20,735 nt of DNA from Candidatus Bathyarchaeota archaeon. GTDB lineage: Archaea > Thermoproteota > Bathyarchaeia > Bathyarchaeales > Bathycorpusculaceae. The notes below the pieces were generated by a model. The model saw only the letters and a list, made by a program, of their open reading frames with translations. It ran no database searches and had not been told where the DNA came from. Of this stretch, positions 8,696 through 18,299 are shown in pieces. A program made the translations under genes and the position numbers. The stretch is taken from contig CAVZJV010000013.1 of the NCBI GenBank assembly GCA_963775685.1, positions 1 to 20,735 of the forward strand. The letters run 5' to 3'. Position 1 is the first letter of the stretch. The number at the start of each line of letters is the position of its first letter.

Positions 8696-8851
8696 TTATT
8701 TTCGCCTTAAAAAACCGTTATTTTATACTTTTAAGACTAGGAGAAGTTTCGTTTAAACGTTTGTGTCCTTAAGCGTACAACCACAAACAAGGTTGGTTGA
8801 TTTTGCAACAAAAATTTAAAAGAAAGTTAGGCTAAATTACTATTAGGTGTT
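8696..8851. promoter_or_regulatory. Divergent promoter region of the oxidase operon and the DUF420 gene
   Basis: AT-rich gap between divergent genes with TATA-like TTTAAA at 8752-8757 and 8815-8820, and palindrome CGTTTAAACG at 8750-8759. Confidence 0.5.
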
Positions 8852-9322
8852 TTGTTGTTTTCTGATTTTCTAATGCGACTGATTGCATTGCATGCTGGCA
8901 CTCCGGTAGAGCTCTCCCAGGCAACCTTAACGTTGATGTTTGTTGTTTTAGGTATTCTTTCGATGGGAATGGGTTTTGGCTTCTTGGTCAAAAGCAAAGA
9001 GAGCCTTTTGCAGCACCGATGGAGTATGACAGTGGCTATTGTTTTGGCGCTTTTAGCAATCTTTTTTGTTATGGTGCCTTCATTCATCAGATTTTACATA
9101 GACCCCGACGTAGAGTTCTTTTCAACGCTTTCCGCAATGACAATTGTTCACGGAGTCATCGGTATACCCGCAATCGTGATGGGTGTAATTTATGCGTTCG
9201 GCGATTTGCCCCAGAGAATTAAGCAGTGGATGCGTTGGGCAGCCGTAATTTGGGCAGCTAGTCTTGTATTGGGGGCTCTCTTGTTTTTAGAAATGTTGGG
9301 TTTGCTGTCTATGTCTATGTGA
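8852..9322 (+). CDS. DUF420 (CtaM/YozB-like) membrane protein, putative oxidase assembly factor
   Basis: Four TM segments, HRWSM and IVHGVIG His pattern typical of DUF420, adjacent to the cox operon. Start uncertain (8852 or ATG 8873). Confidence 0.65.
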   Translation: MLFSDFLMRLIALHAGTPVELSQATLTLMFVVLGILSMGMGFGFLVKSKESLLQHRWSMTVAIVLALLAIFFVMVPSFIRFYIDPDVEFFSTLSAMTIVHGVIGIPAIVMGVIYAFGDLPQRIKQWMRWAAVIWAASLVLGALLFLEMLGLLSMSM

Positions 9323-9337
9323 CAGCACTTACTTTTT

Positions 9338-10894
9338 CTATTGTTTGTGGAACTTGGGTATCTCCTTTGAAATCAATAATTCATCTATCCGCAACATCAT
9401 TGTTGAAACCTCATATGCTCGCCTGATAGCTGAACGCTTAACCCTGAACGGTTCTCGGCAAGGCAATTCCAAACAACCCTTCTCACCAACCCCAAAATTG
9501 TGAAAACTGTCAGCATGATGTCCCCTTAATTCAATAATAATGTCTGTAGGGTTTAACCCGTAGTTCTCAGCGAGGCATCTTGGAACATCCATAAGAGCCG
9601 AACCATAGGCTTCAATTGCTATTTGTTCTCGGCAAGCGAATTCTTTGCTGTAACTTTTCAGTACCTCAGTAATGTGGGTTTCTGCTGCTCCCCCTGCAGG
9701 TATGACCTTGTCATCTCGGCTCATCAGGTCTAAAACATTCATGCTGTTTTTGATTGTGGTCTCCAGCTCATCGATGGCTTGTTCGGTGCTTCCTCTAAGC
9801 ATGAAGGTTGCCCCTTTGCACCCCTCTATTGTGACCATTTTTTCAAGCTCTACACTGCTGGAAGAGAGATTTTCTGCCAAGCCGATGTCTTCCTCTGTCA
9901 GATCGCTCAAGTTTCCCACAATTTTGGCCCCAGTCGCCCTCGAAACCGCAAAAGTATCCTTCTTATCAACATTTTCCAGAGCGAAAATACCTAAAGAAAA
10001 CAATTTCTCTTTTTGAAAATCATCCAAAGGCTGTTCACAAAGTAGCACATTGACCTTTTGCTGAACCAACATCTCTACGGGTTGAGTTTTTAGCCTGTAT
10101 TCAGTTTCTTTGAATTCACGTATTTGCTGAGGCGTTTTAATATTTAAATGAATGTGTTCTGATCCTTGCCCTAGCATTTTGATTTCTAAACGATTTATTC
10201 CCAACTTACCGCTTGTGATTGCTACTCGCAAGTTTCTGATTTTATTTGGCATATTCGGATGGGCTTTCTCTTTCTTTATTACCACTCCTTTGATTAGACT
10301 TGAATCTTGAAGATTACCGCCCTTTTTCTTAAGAAACCTGATGGTTTCCCTTTCAAACCTCCCCTCAGAAATCGAGGAAGAATATGCTAGTCTAATCATA
10401 GATCGAACTTGCAGCGTAAGAAGGTTTCTTTTACAGTCAACTATATCCAGAATGTCGGTGCTTTGAAGTCTAGCGGTTGCTTGTCCTTCGAGGATTTCCA
10501 GCGCCTTTTCCGTTGCGAGGTGATAACCGTGGATGATGGTGTTAGCGTGAATCCCCATTGTTAATAGTTCGTCTGCCTTCTTCAGAAGTGCCGACAAAAA
10601 AATCACAAACCCAGTTACCCCATCGCCCGCTTCCTCCCGTTGCAGTTTCGCCGCTTCGGAGATAATAGTGACAGGCGGATACTGAATTGCCAACTCCTCC
10701 AAAATAGTGATTGCCTCCTTGGTCACTTTAACGACTTGTTCGGGTCCACGGTTATATGTCACCAGCTTGTATGCTCCCTTGGGACCTAGTGTACTTCGAA
10801 CTTTGTCAGCGGCGAATATGGCTATGCGCAAGTTTTCCCGCCAAACATCTTTGCCGGTTATGCGCTTGATTTTTTTAGAAATTATTTTTTCCAT
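9338..10894 (-). CDS. Divergent group II chaperonin (thermosome-like) subunit
   Basis: STLGPKG, EEAGDGVT, GIHANTIIHGY, SSLIKGVVIKKEKAHPNMP, RATGAKIV, LRGST, LAENYGL and EPFRVK...LRIDE. Start moved to ATG 10894 (MEKIISKK) because the first 34 tracked codons show no chaperonin similarity. Confidence 0.9.
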   Translation of the reverse strand: MEKIISKKIKRITGKDVWRENLRIAIFAADKVRSTLGPKGAYKLVTYNRGPEQVVKVTKEAITILEELAIQYPPVTIISEAAKLQREEAGDGVTGFVIFLSALLKKADELLTMGIHANTIIHGYHLATEKALEILEGQATARLQSTDILDIVDCKRNLLTLQVRSMIRLAYSSSISEGRFERETIRFLKKKGGNLQDSSLIKGVVIKKEKAHPNMPNKIRNLRVAITSGKLGINRLEIKMLGQGSEHIHLNIKTPQQIREFKETEYRLKTQPVEMLVQQKVNVLLCEQPLDDFQKEKLFSLGIFALENVDKKDTFAVSRATGAKIVGNLSDLTEEDIGLAENLSSSSVELEKMVTIEGCKGATFMLRGSTEQAIDELETTIKNSMNVLDLMSRDDKVIPAGGAAETHITEVLKSYSKEFACREQIAIEAYGSALMDVPRCLAENYGLNPTDIIIELRGHHADSFHNFGVGEKGCLELPCREPFRVKRSAIRRAYEVSTMMLRIDELLISKEIPKFHKQ

Positions 10895-11119
10895 AATTAT
10901 CAATCTTAACTTTGTTGGAACGCACGTAGGTACACGAGCCTGCGCATACTTGCTTACTTCTTTGATGCACTTAAGATTAAGTGACTGTAATAACACTCCT
11001 ACAAGATATGCTGTGATCCCTTGGAAATTAGCTTTTTTCCTCTTGAATTCTTATGGGTGCATAGGTTTCAGCAAGCTTTACATTGTGGGCTATTCTTAAT
11101 TTAGGTAAGGTGAAACCGA

Positions 11120-11347
11120 ATGGTAGTTCCTTTCTATATGCTGCTTAGAACTAGAGTTGGGCAATCTAAAAATGTTGTTCATGCAACTCTCAAGATTGAA
11201 GGCGTAAAAGTATCCCATTCCGTCATGGGCAATTATGACGTTATACTCTATGGCGAAGGAAAAGACATCGAAGACGTACGACGCATTCGCGACGCTGTAT
11301 TTGAAATTGATGGTATAACTATATCGGAAACTGTAGTTCACGCTTGA
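11120..11347 (+). CDS. Stand-alone Lrp/AsnC ligand-binding (RAM) domain protein
   Basis: 75 aa, pattern IEGVKVSHSVMGNYDVIL...IDGITISET, no HTH. SD AGGTGA at 11108-11113. Confidence 0.85.
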   Translation: MVVPFYMLLRTRVGQSKNVVHATLKIEGVKVSHSVMGNYDVILYGEGKDIEDVRRIRDAVFEIDGITISETVVHA

Positions 11348-11508
11348 TTTTTTTATCCAATTTTTTTCAGATCATAAACTATCTATTTTAACATAACCTT
11401 TAAAAGCTGATTATAAAGGGTAAAAATTGGTAATCGTAATCTCTCCAGGAAATTTCGTTTAAAACTAATATTCGCATCTAACTTAATTTATGCACGGGGA
11501 TTATTGAG

Positions 11509-12186
11509 TTGAAGAGCTTCAAGGGGGTCTTAGTAATTGGAGAAAGAAGTATTTTTGGTGAATTATCCCAGATTATCTCCATTGCTGCCCAGGTCAACCT
11601 CATTTTGAAAGCCATGTTCAAGAACTGCTGTAACAGTCAAGCGTTAACAGAGAACATGCATGCCGTCCGAGCTCTCGAGAGGAAGTCGGATGAAATCGCT
11701 TTCAGACTCAACGAGGATATTACGTCTGGAGCAATCAGCCCCAACCTAATCGACGACCTCATCGAAAGTGCCCACTTAGCTGATAACATAGTGGATCTTA
11801 TCTTTTATTTGAGCCGAGAGCTCAGCCGTATGGCTAAAGTTAACATAACAGATCCCTCGGCGGCACAACAGGAGGTTGAGTGGGCTGAAATTTACTTACA
11901 AATGCTTGCCCTCGTTGACCAATCACTTCCCAAACTGCAATCAATGCTATCCAATAGCAACGTTCCAAATATTATACAGTTACGCAAAGAAATCGAAGCC
12001 ATAGAAGAACGAGGCGACGATGTCAAGGATGCCGGGTTCGATAAACTCTACTCAATGGCTTCTGGAATGCATTTTCTCCATTTTTACCATTACAGTGAAA
12101 TGCTGCATAAATCCGATGATATCTTAGACACTTGCGAAGATTTCTCTGATATAATCGTGTCGATAGTCACATCTATTCTCAAGTGA
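11509..12186 (+). CDS. DUF47 / PhoU-like phosphate transport regulator
   Basis: Repeated LERKSDEI and IEERGDDV motifs, DDILDTCED. Overlaps (GTGA) the downstream PiT gene. Confidence 0.85.
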   Translation: MKSFKGVLVIGERSIFGELSQIISIAAQVNLILKAMFKNCCNSQALTENMHAVRALERKSDEIAFRLNEDITSGAISPNLIDDLIESAHLADNIVDLIFYLSRELSRMAKVNITDPSAAQQEVEWAEIYLQMLALVDQSLPKLQSMLSNSNVPNIIQLRKEIEAIEERGDDVKDAGFDKLYSMASGMHFLHFYHYSEMLHKSDDILDTCEDFSDIIVSIVTSILK

Positions 12187-13101
12187 GTCTAAATATGATG
12201 TTGTTGTCTGTTGCTCTTCTAATTTTGGTGTTTGTAGCGGTAATGTTGGTAGCAGGCAACAACTTGTCAGCTTGTGTGGGTCCTTCCATAGGCTCAAGAA
12301 TAGTTACAAAACGCTTCGGCGTACTTGTGGGTGCAACAGGCTTTTCTGTTGGATTGCTGGCTCAAGGTTCAGCTATGTTGCAGTCGGTTGGTACCTTACT
12401 TCCATATGCTTCGCCTGAGTTAAGGGCGGAAGCTTTGCTGGTGGCAATTACAGTCTTTGTTATTGCCTACAGGATTCGGGTACCCATGTCGCTGAACATG
12501 TCGCTGGTGGGACTTCTTGCAAGCTTGTCAATTGCTGGGAATTCCCGCTCGACTGGTTTGTTTGTAGTTGAAGTGGTTTTAACCTGGATTGCTGTTCCGC
12601 TAATAGCGCTTGCTGTAGCATTTTTTCTTATTCGCTTCTAATAGGGAGTGGCCAACAAACTTTTGGCATCGCCTTCAAACTTACAAGATTCTGATTGTAG
12701 TAACCTCATTCACAACAGCCTATGTAACCGGAGCCAACACACTGGGAATGATAGTTGCAACAGAAGGATTTGATTTAGCATCAGTTTTAGTCGCCATAGC
12801 TGCAATTTTCGTCGGATCTTTTTTCCTCAGCGAAGGCGCCATAAGAAGAGTTTCAGAAGAATTCTTTCTGATGCGTTATGCAAATGCGACTGTGACACTA
12901 ATAACTTCAACAATTCTAGTGGAAGCAGCCACAATTTTCAACATTCCCCTATCCATAACCCAAACAACTTCAATAGGCGTCCTCGGAGCAGGGTTATCTT
13001 ACCGAACACGATTTGTTTCAGCAAAACCGTTCTTAAAAATTGTAGCCGGCTGGGTAATTGCTCCCTTGTTGAGTTTTGCCATCGGTTTACTTATCGGTTA
13101 A
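12183..13101 (+). pseudogene. Inorganic phosphate transporter (PiT family), split by one frameshift near 12619-12640
   Basis: The first half has AGNNLSACVGPSIGS and VPMSL. The second frame is open from 12619 with TGANTLG, IPLSITQT and IVAGWVIAP. The two tracked ORFs join into one protein of about 305 aa. Could be a sequencing indel. Confidence 0.8.
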
Positions 13102-13238
13102 TCGTCGAGTGTTTCGCTCATGGGTTTGCCGCAGCACCAAGGTGCCTTCTCCACATTACGTTTGGTATCGCCTGTGCAGGACACTTCAAATTCGTTTCTC
13201 GTTTTGCGACCGCATACAGTACACTCAAACAATGGCAA
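13098..13238 (-). CDS. 46-aa desulforedoxin-like Cys4 metal-binding protein (not in ORF track)
   Basis: Manual translation from TTG 13238: MPLFECTVCGRKTRNEFEVSCTGDTKRNVEKAPWCCGKPMSETLDD*. Has CxxCG...CCGKPM, GAGG SD at 13246-13249 and a TTTATAAA box near 13270-13277. Confidence 0.8.
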   Translation of the reverse strand: MPLFECTVCGRKTRNEFEVSCTGDTKRNVEKAPWCCGKPMSETLDD

Positions 13239-13646
13239 TACAAAGCCTCAACTCGTGTAACTGAAAGGTTTTATAAAAAATTTCTGCTTATGATAAGAGG
13301 ATTGTTTCTTCTTGTGAATTCGCAGAATTGTTCTCAATTAATAATATAGAATATTTTTCTTACAGACATATTGTCGCTTGGCCTTGGATTCTTTAGAGGT
13401 ATAGTCATCGGGTTCATATTCTCATAAATCCATTCTCAATTGGTTAAACCTTGGAGAACAAAAGGTTATTAGAAGTGCACTAGCGTCAAGAGAAAATTGG
13501 GTTTAAAGGGAACGAAAGAGTAACTTTGATGGGAATCTTCACTCGTTTCATATTTTCAGCACTTTATCAGGTATTTAAAAATGAAATAGATTTCTAATGA
13601 CTTTTCTTCAGACAAAAATTCGTGCCATTTCTCTGAAAATTTGCAA

Positions 13647-14611
13647 ATGGGCTTTAGAATCTAAAGCGGTTTGATTTCAAACTTGTTAGGCGCCGGGTTC
13701 CTTTTTTTCGGGCACAAGCTAACTTACAATTGTAATCTACGCTGTAAGATGTGTCCCTTCTGGAAAAGAAACAATCCAGACTTGAGTTTAGCGCAGGAGA
13801 AAGCGATTCTAAAGCAGATTTATAATTCGGGAGCATGCAGAGTCGCTTTTAAAGGCTGAATACCACTGCTTAGGAATGATTTAGTATCGATTCTTGATTT
13901 TTCCCGGTCCTTGCCTTTGCACACAAGCCTCATAACTAATGGTACCTTGCTTGAATCCCAAATAGGTGAGATAGCTCCCTACATTAACGGGGTTGTCTAT
14001 GTTTCATTGGATGGTTTGGAGAAAACTCACGATACCATCAGAGGAGTCAGTGGAAGTTTTAGAAAGTCCGTAAGAGGCATAAGTGCGGCGAGGAAGAAAT
14101 TTCCCCTAACCATTAACACTACTATCATGGCTGAGAACACAGATGAGATCGAGAGCAATAGTAAAGTTAGTCCAAGAGTTGGGCACAAAAATATCCGTAG
14201 CTGTAGCTCACGAATGATACAATGCAAACGTATCTTCACCTGCCGATGACAAAATACCGAAAATAGCAAATAGACTAATGGAAATGAAGCGGGAAGGCTA
14301 CCATATCTTCAATTCTATGGGATACTTCAAAGGCATTGGCTAAAGAGAAAAAGTGGCAATGCAAACCCTGGACAATGATAAACTTAGATCCTCAAGGAAG
14401 CGTAGTTTTGCCCTGCTATGTCCACAGCGACTACGCAAGCATCGTCTCTATTTTAAATGGTGACCTTAAGAGGCGGCTATATCTAATTTTGACTGGAAAA
14501 AAATAGAAAACTGCCAAAAATGCAGCCTACATTGTTACGTGGGGCCTTCTTTGGTGCTTTCAAAAGATTATTAGTGCGTATATGTATTGGGCATTTCGAG
14601 TTAATGTTTAA
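13647..14611 (+). pseudogene. Radical SAM/SPASM protein pseudogene (resembles PTO1314 family)
   Basis: GHKLTYNCNLRCKMCPFW (CxxxCxxC), LITNGTLL, VSLDG..HDTIRG, CKPW.MINLDPQGSVVLPCY and CQKCSLHCY are spread over several frames. In-frame stops at 13662, 13857 and 14215, with frameshifts near 14157 and 14330 and further lesions downstream. Confidence 0.88.
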
Positions 14612-14805
14612 ATTAAGTGGATAAGGCTTAATCATTAGAAGTTATTGTCTGACTTTTAGATATTTTGTGGATCGAGAAGTGATTTTTATGGTTTATTTGA
14701 ATAGAAAATACGGTAGCTATGAGTGCGGACAGGGTCGTGGTAAGGGTTTAAACGTTGATCAGTCGAATTAGGCAAAGGAATAGAAGTGATGTTGTCGAAT
14801 TGATC

Positions 14806-15003
14806 TCAAAGAGGAAGGTATTTCCAGAGTTTGACGCTTGGTAGTCCAGGTTGCCAATGCCAAGTCCTGAGATCACCTAAAAAAAATAATAAGTTTAGCG
14901 ATGCAACAATTGACCAAGAAGTAACAAATACCATCAGGCTTGCCAAAAAAACCGATTTGCCAAGTTATCGCCATAACGGCAGTAAATCAAGTGAAAAAGC
15001 CAT
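14806..15003 (-). pseudogene. Possible small membrane protein gene with one internal stop
   Basis: MAFSLDLLPLWR*LGKSVFLASLMVFVTSWSIVASLNLLFFLGDLRTWHWQPGLPSVKLWKYLPL*. TAA at 14965-14967, GTGA just upstream of the ATG. An intact 42-aa version could start at ATG 14934. Confidence 0.35.
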
Positions 15004-15064
15004 AGTCACTACGTTTTTATTTGTTGAACCCCATAAAATTTGCTGAGAGTTTGAGAAAGGAGAG

Positions 15065-15136
15065 AAAGGTTAACTTAAACGCGAGCGAATTCAGGAAGAG
15101 AGAGGGAACACTTCGCCTGCATTTAAGCTAACCTTT
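15065..15136. repeat. Imperfect 25-bp inverted repeat / long hairpin
   Basis: AAAGGTTAACTTAAACGCGAGCGAA (15065-15089) pairs with TTCGCCTGCATTTAAGCTAACCTTT (15112-15136), 21 of 25 Watson-Crick, with a 22-nt purine-rich loop. Confidence 0.85.
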
Positions 15137-15469
15137 TCTGTATTATATACTGAGAGTCTTTGAACCATAAATAATGATGTGATTGTGCCTACACAGCAAC
15201 AAGTTAGATTTGATGGTGCCAAATTGGTTAGTTTTTTGGATTTACGCGGGGGCAGGTCTTGTGGAGTGCAAAATTGTGTCTTGGTCGTATTTTTCCTGAT
15301 TACTGACTTGCTTTTCCATAACCTTTCCGTTACCAGAAAAACCTTTTCCTGAAATAAGAAGGTCTAAAAAACGATAAAAAACTATAAAATAATCTTGAAT
15401 TATTTATCCAATACCTCACAACCTCATCGATGCTGCATTTAACCGGATTTAGTTATCTTTGTGAAGGTG

Positions 15470-15488
15470 GAAAAGAAATGTTTATATC
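15470..15488 (+). promoter_or_regulatory. Putative rRNA promoter (BRE + TATA)
   Basis: Purine-rich GAAAAGAAA followed by TTTATAT (15481-15487), about 25-30 nt before the structured leader begins. Confidence 0.6.
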
Positions 15489-15667
15489 AGTTGACTAGGC
15501 TTCTGTTAGAATTCAGCTATAATTGCTAACCCCGCAATTTTCACATGGCGGCGGCTCAACCCCTACCGAAACGGCGATTACGCCTTGCAGGAATGACGGA
15601 GTTGGCCTCCAGTTGTGGGGACAAAAATAGGAAATGTAGACCTGACTAATTGCTCAGTTAGGTCTGA

Positions 15668-15734
15668 ATTGGGCTTTGACGTATAATTTGTGGAGAATGT
15701 TTCTCCCTCCAAATCCAGTTAGGCACAAAAATGC
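15668..15734 (+). other. 5' arm of 16S pre-rRNA processing stem with bulge-helix-bulge
   Basis: 15668-15682 is the exact reverse complement of 17369-17383. CTCC 15707-15710 forms the 4-bp helix and AAA 15711-15713 the bulge. Confidence 0.9.
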
Positions 15735-15804
15735 GAAAAGTGCAGAACGTACCACACAAAAAACATGATAGTAAGAATCCGCAGAAATCAAAACGGAGTG
15801 CATA

Positions 15805-17300
<1,496 letters not shown>

Positions 17301-17309
17301 AAGTAAAAA

Positions 17310-17383
17310 GCATGTATGTGCTTAATTGGAGGAGCAAGGAGAATACATTAGAGCAGGCCACAAAGGTCACGTCAAAGCCCAAT
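17310..17383 (+). other. 3' arm of 16S pre-rRNA processing stem with bulge-helix-bulge
   Basis: TGTGCTTAATTGGA 17317-17330 pairs with 15714-15727 (two G-U). GGAG 17331-17334 is the helix and CAA 17335-17337 the bulge. GGAGAA 17338-17343 pairs with 15701-15706. Confidence 0.9.
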
Positions 17384-17387
17384 AACA

Positions 17388-17446
17388 TTAGCAATATAGC
17401 TCCGAACCATCGGGTTGCTAACAACATCTTTTCTCTTTTTATTCTT
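17388..17446 (+). terminator. Putative terminator of the 16S transcript
   Basis: TTAGCAA...TTGCTAA stem (17388-17421) followed by the pyrimidine tract TCTTTTCTCTTTTTATTCTT. Confidence 0.55.
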
Positions 17447-18299
17447 AAGAGATTCGTTGTTCAATTGAAGGCGAATTAAGACCTTTTTTAGCTTCCTATA
17501 TGTTTTTGATTATTTTCCTTGAAGAGACAAGCGAATTAGCACTATTCCAGTTTCGATTGGAGCCCAATATCCTCAGGATTACCCTGATTTGATATTTAGC
17601 AACAATTAAGATAAAATGTTGCATATTTCGGTATTTTTTAATTGCTTAGCTTTTTTGGGACCGCGAATTACGAAGAAGCTCGGATTAGTAAAATGAAATT
17701 TTTTGTGCGTTGCTTTCTCGTTGTCTATTCTAAAAAAAGCAATAGAATCTGCGATATGCCATTTTTAGAGAATGACTTAAAACCGATTGTCTTTAAGAAT
17801 CGAATTAAACTAGGAAACTTAACAGAGTGCCCCCAAATTCTTGACACCATTTTTTAATAAGGGGTTAAGGCTTAATGAGGGGGCAACTTTTTTACATTCC
17901 AAGAAATAATACCGTGGGGGTCAGAAAAGATGATTAACCCTGCGAGTTCAGAAAAATCCTCCAATCGCAGGAATCGTGCGATTTAATCACATTATCATAT
18001 AGTTCTAGCAATGGTTTAGCGATATTATCTTCGTTTTGGTTGGTAAACTTCTGATAGTGAGGATCTGAAAAAGGTCGTCAACATTTGATGGATAATAGTT
18101 AGTTTTCCAAATTACATTTAATTAATTTAGTTTCTGCTTCTTGTTGTGTCAAATAATAGTTTACTGTATACCATGAATCCTATTGGGTAGCTGTTTTTCT
18201 TTATGCACTGGGTTAGACCTTTTTGGGAAATCCCTTATGTGTTAGGGTTAAGTTTTATTTGGTTCGCCTTCGCAGTTCTTAATTAATAGGCGCGGTTAT

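Noticed and set aside
10895-10996. 34-codon N-terminal extension of the thermosome ORF
   Set aside because: It has no chaperonin resemblance and lies in the divergent promoter region. ATG 10894 fits the family start.
14831-15046. Plus-strand 71-aa ORF and nearby TTGCCA repeats
   Set aside because: The ORF has no motif or SD, and the hexamer repeats are irregular and explained by minus-strand codons.
17890-17980. Minus-strand fragment FSDPHGLFLGM resembling a glyoxalase/VOC C-terminus
   Set aside because: It is too short, has stops immediately upstream and no supporting N-terminal part.
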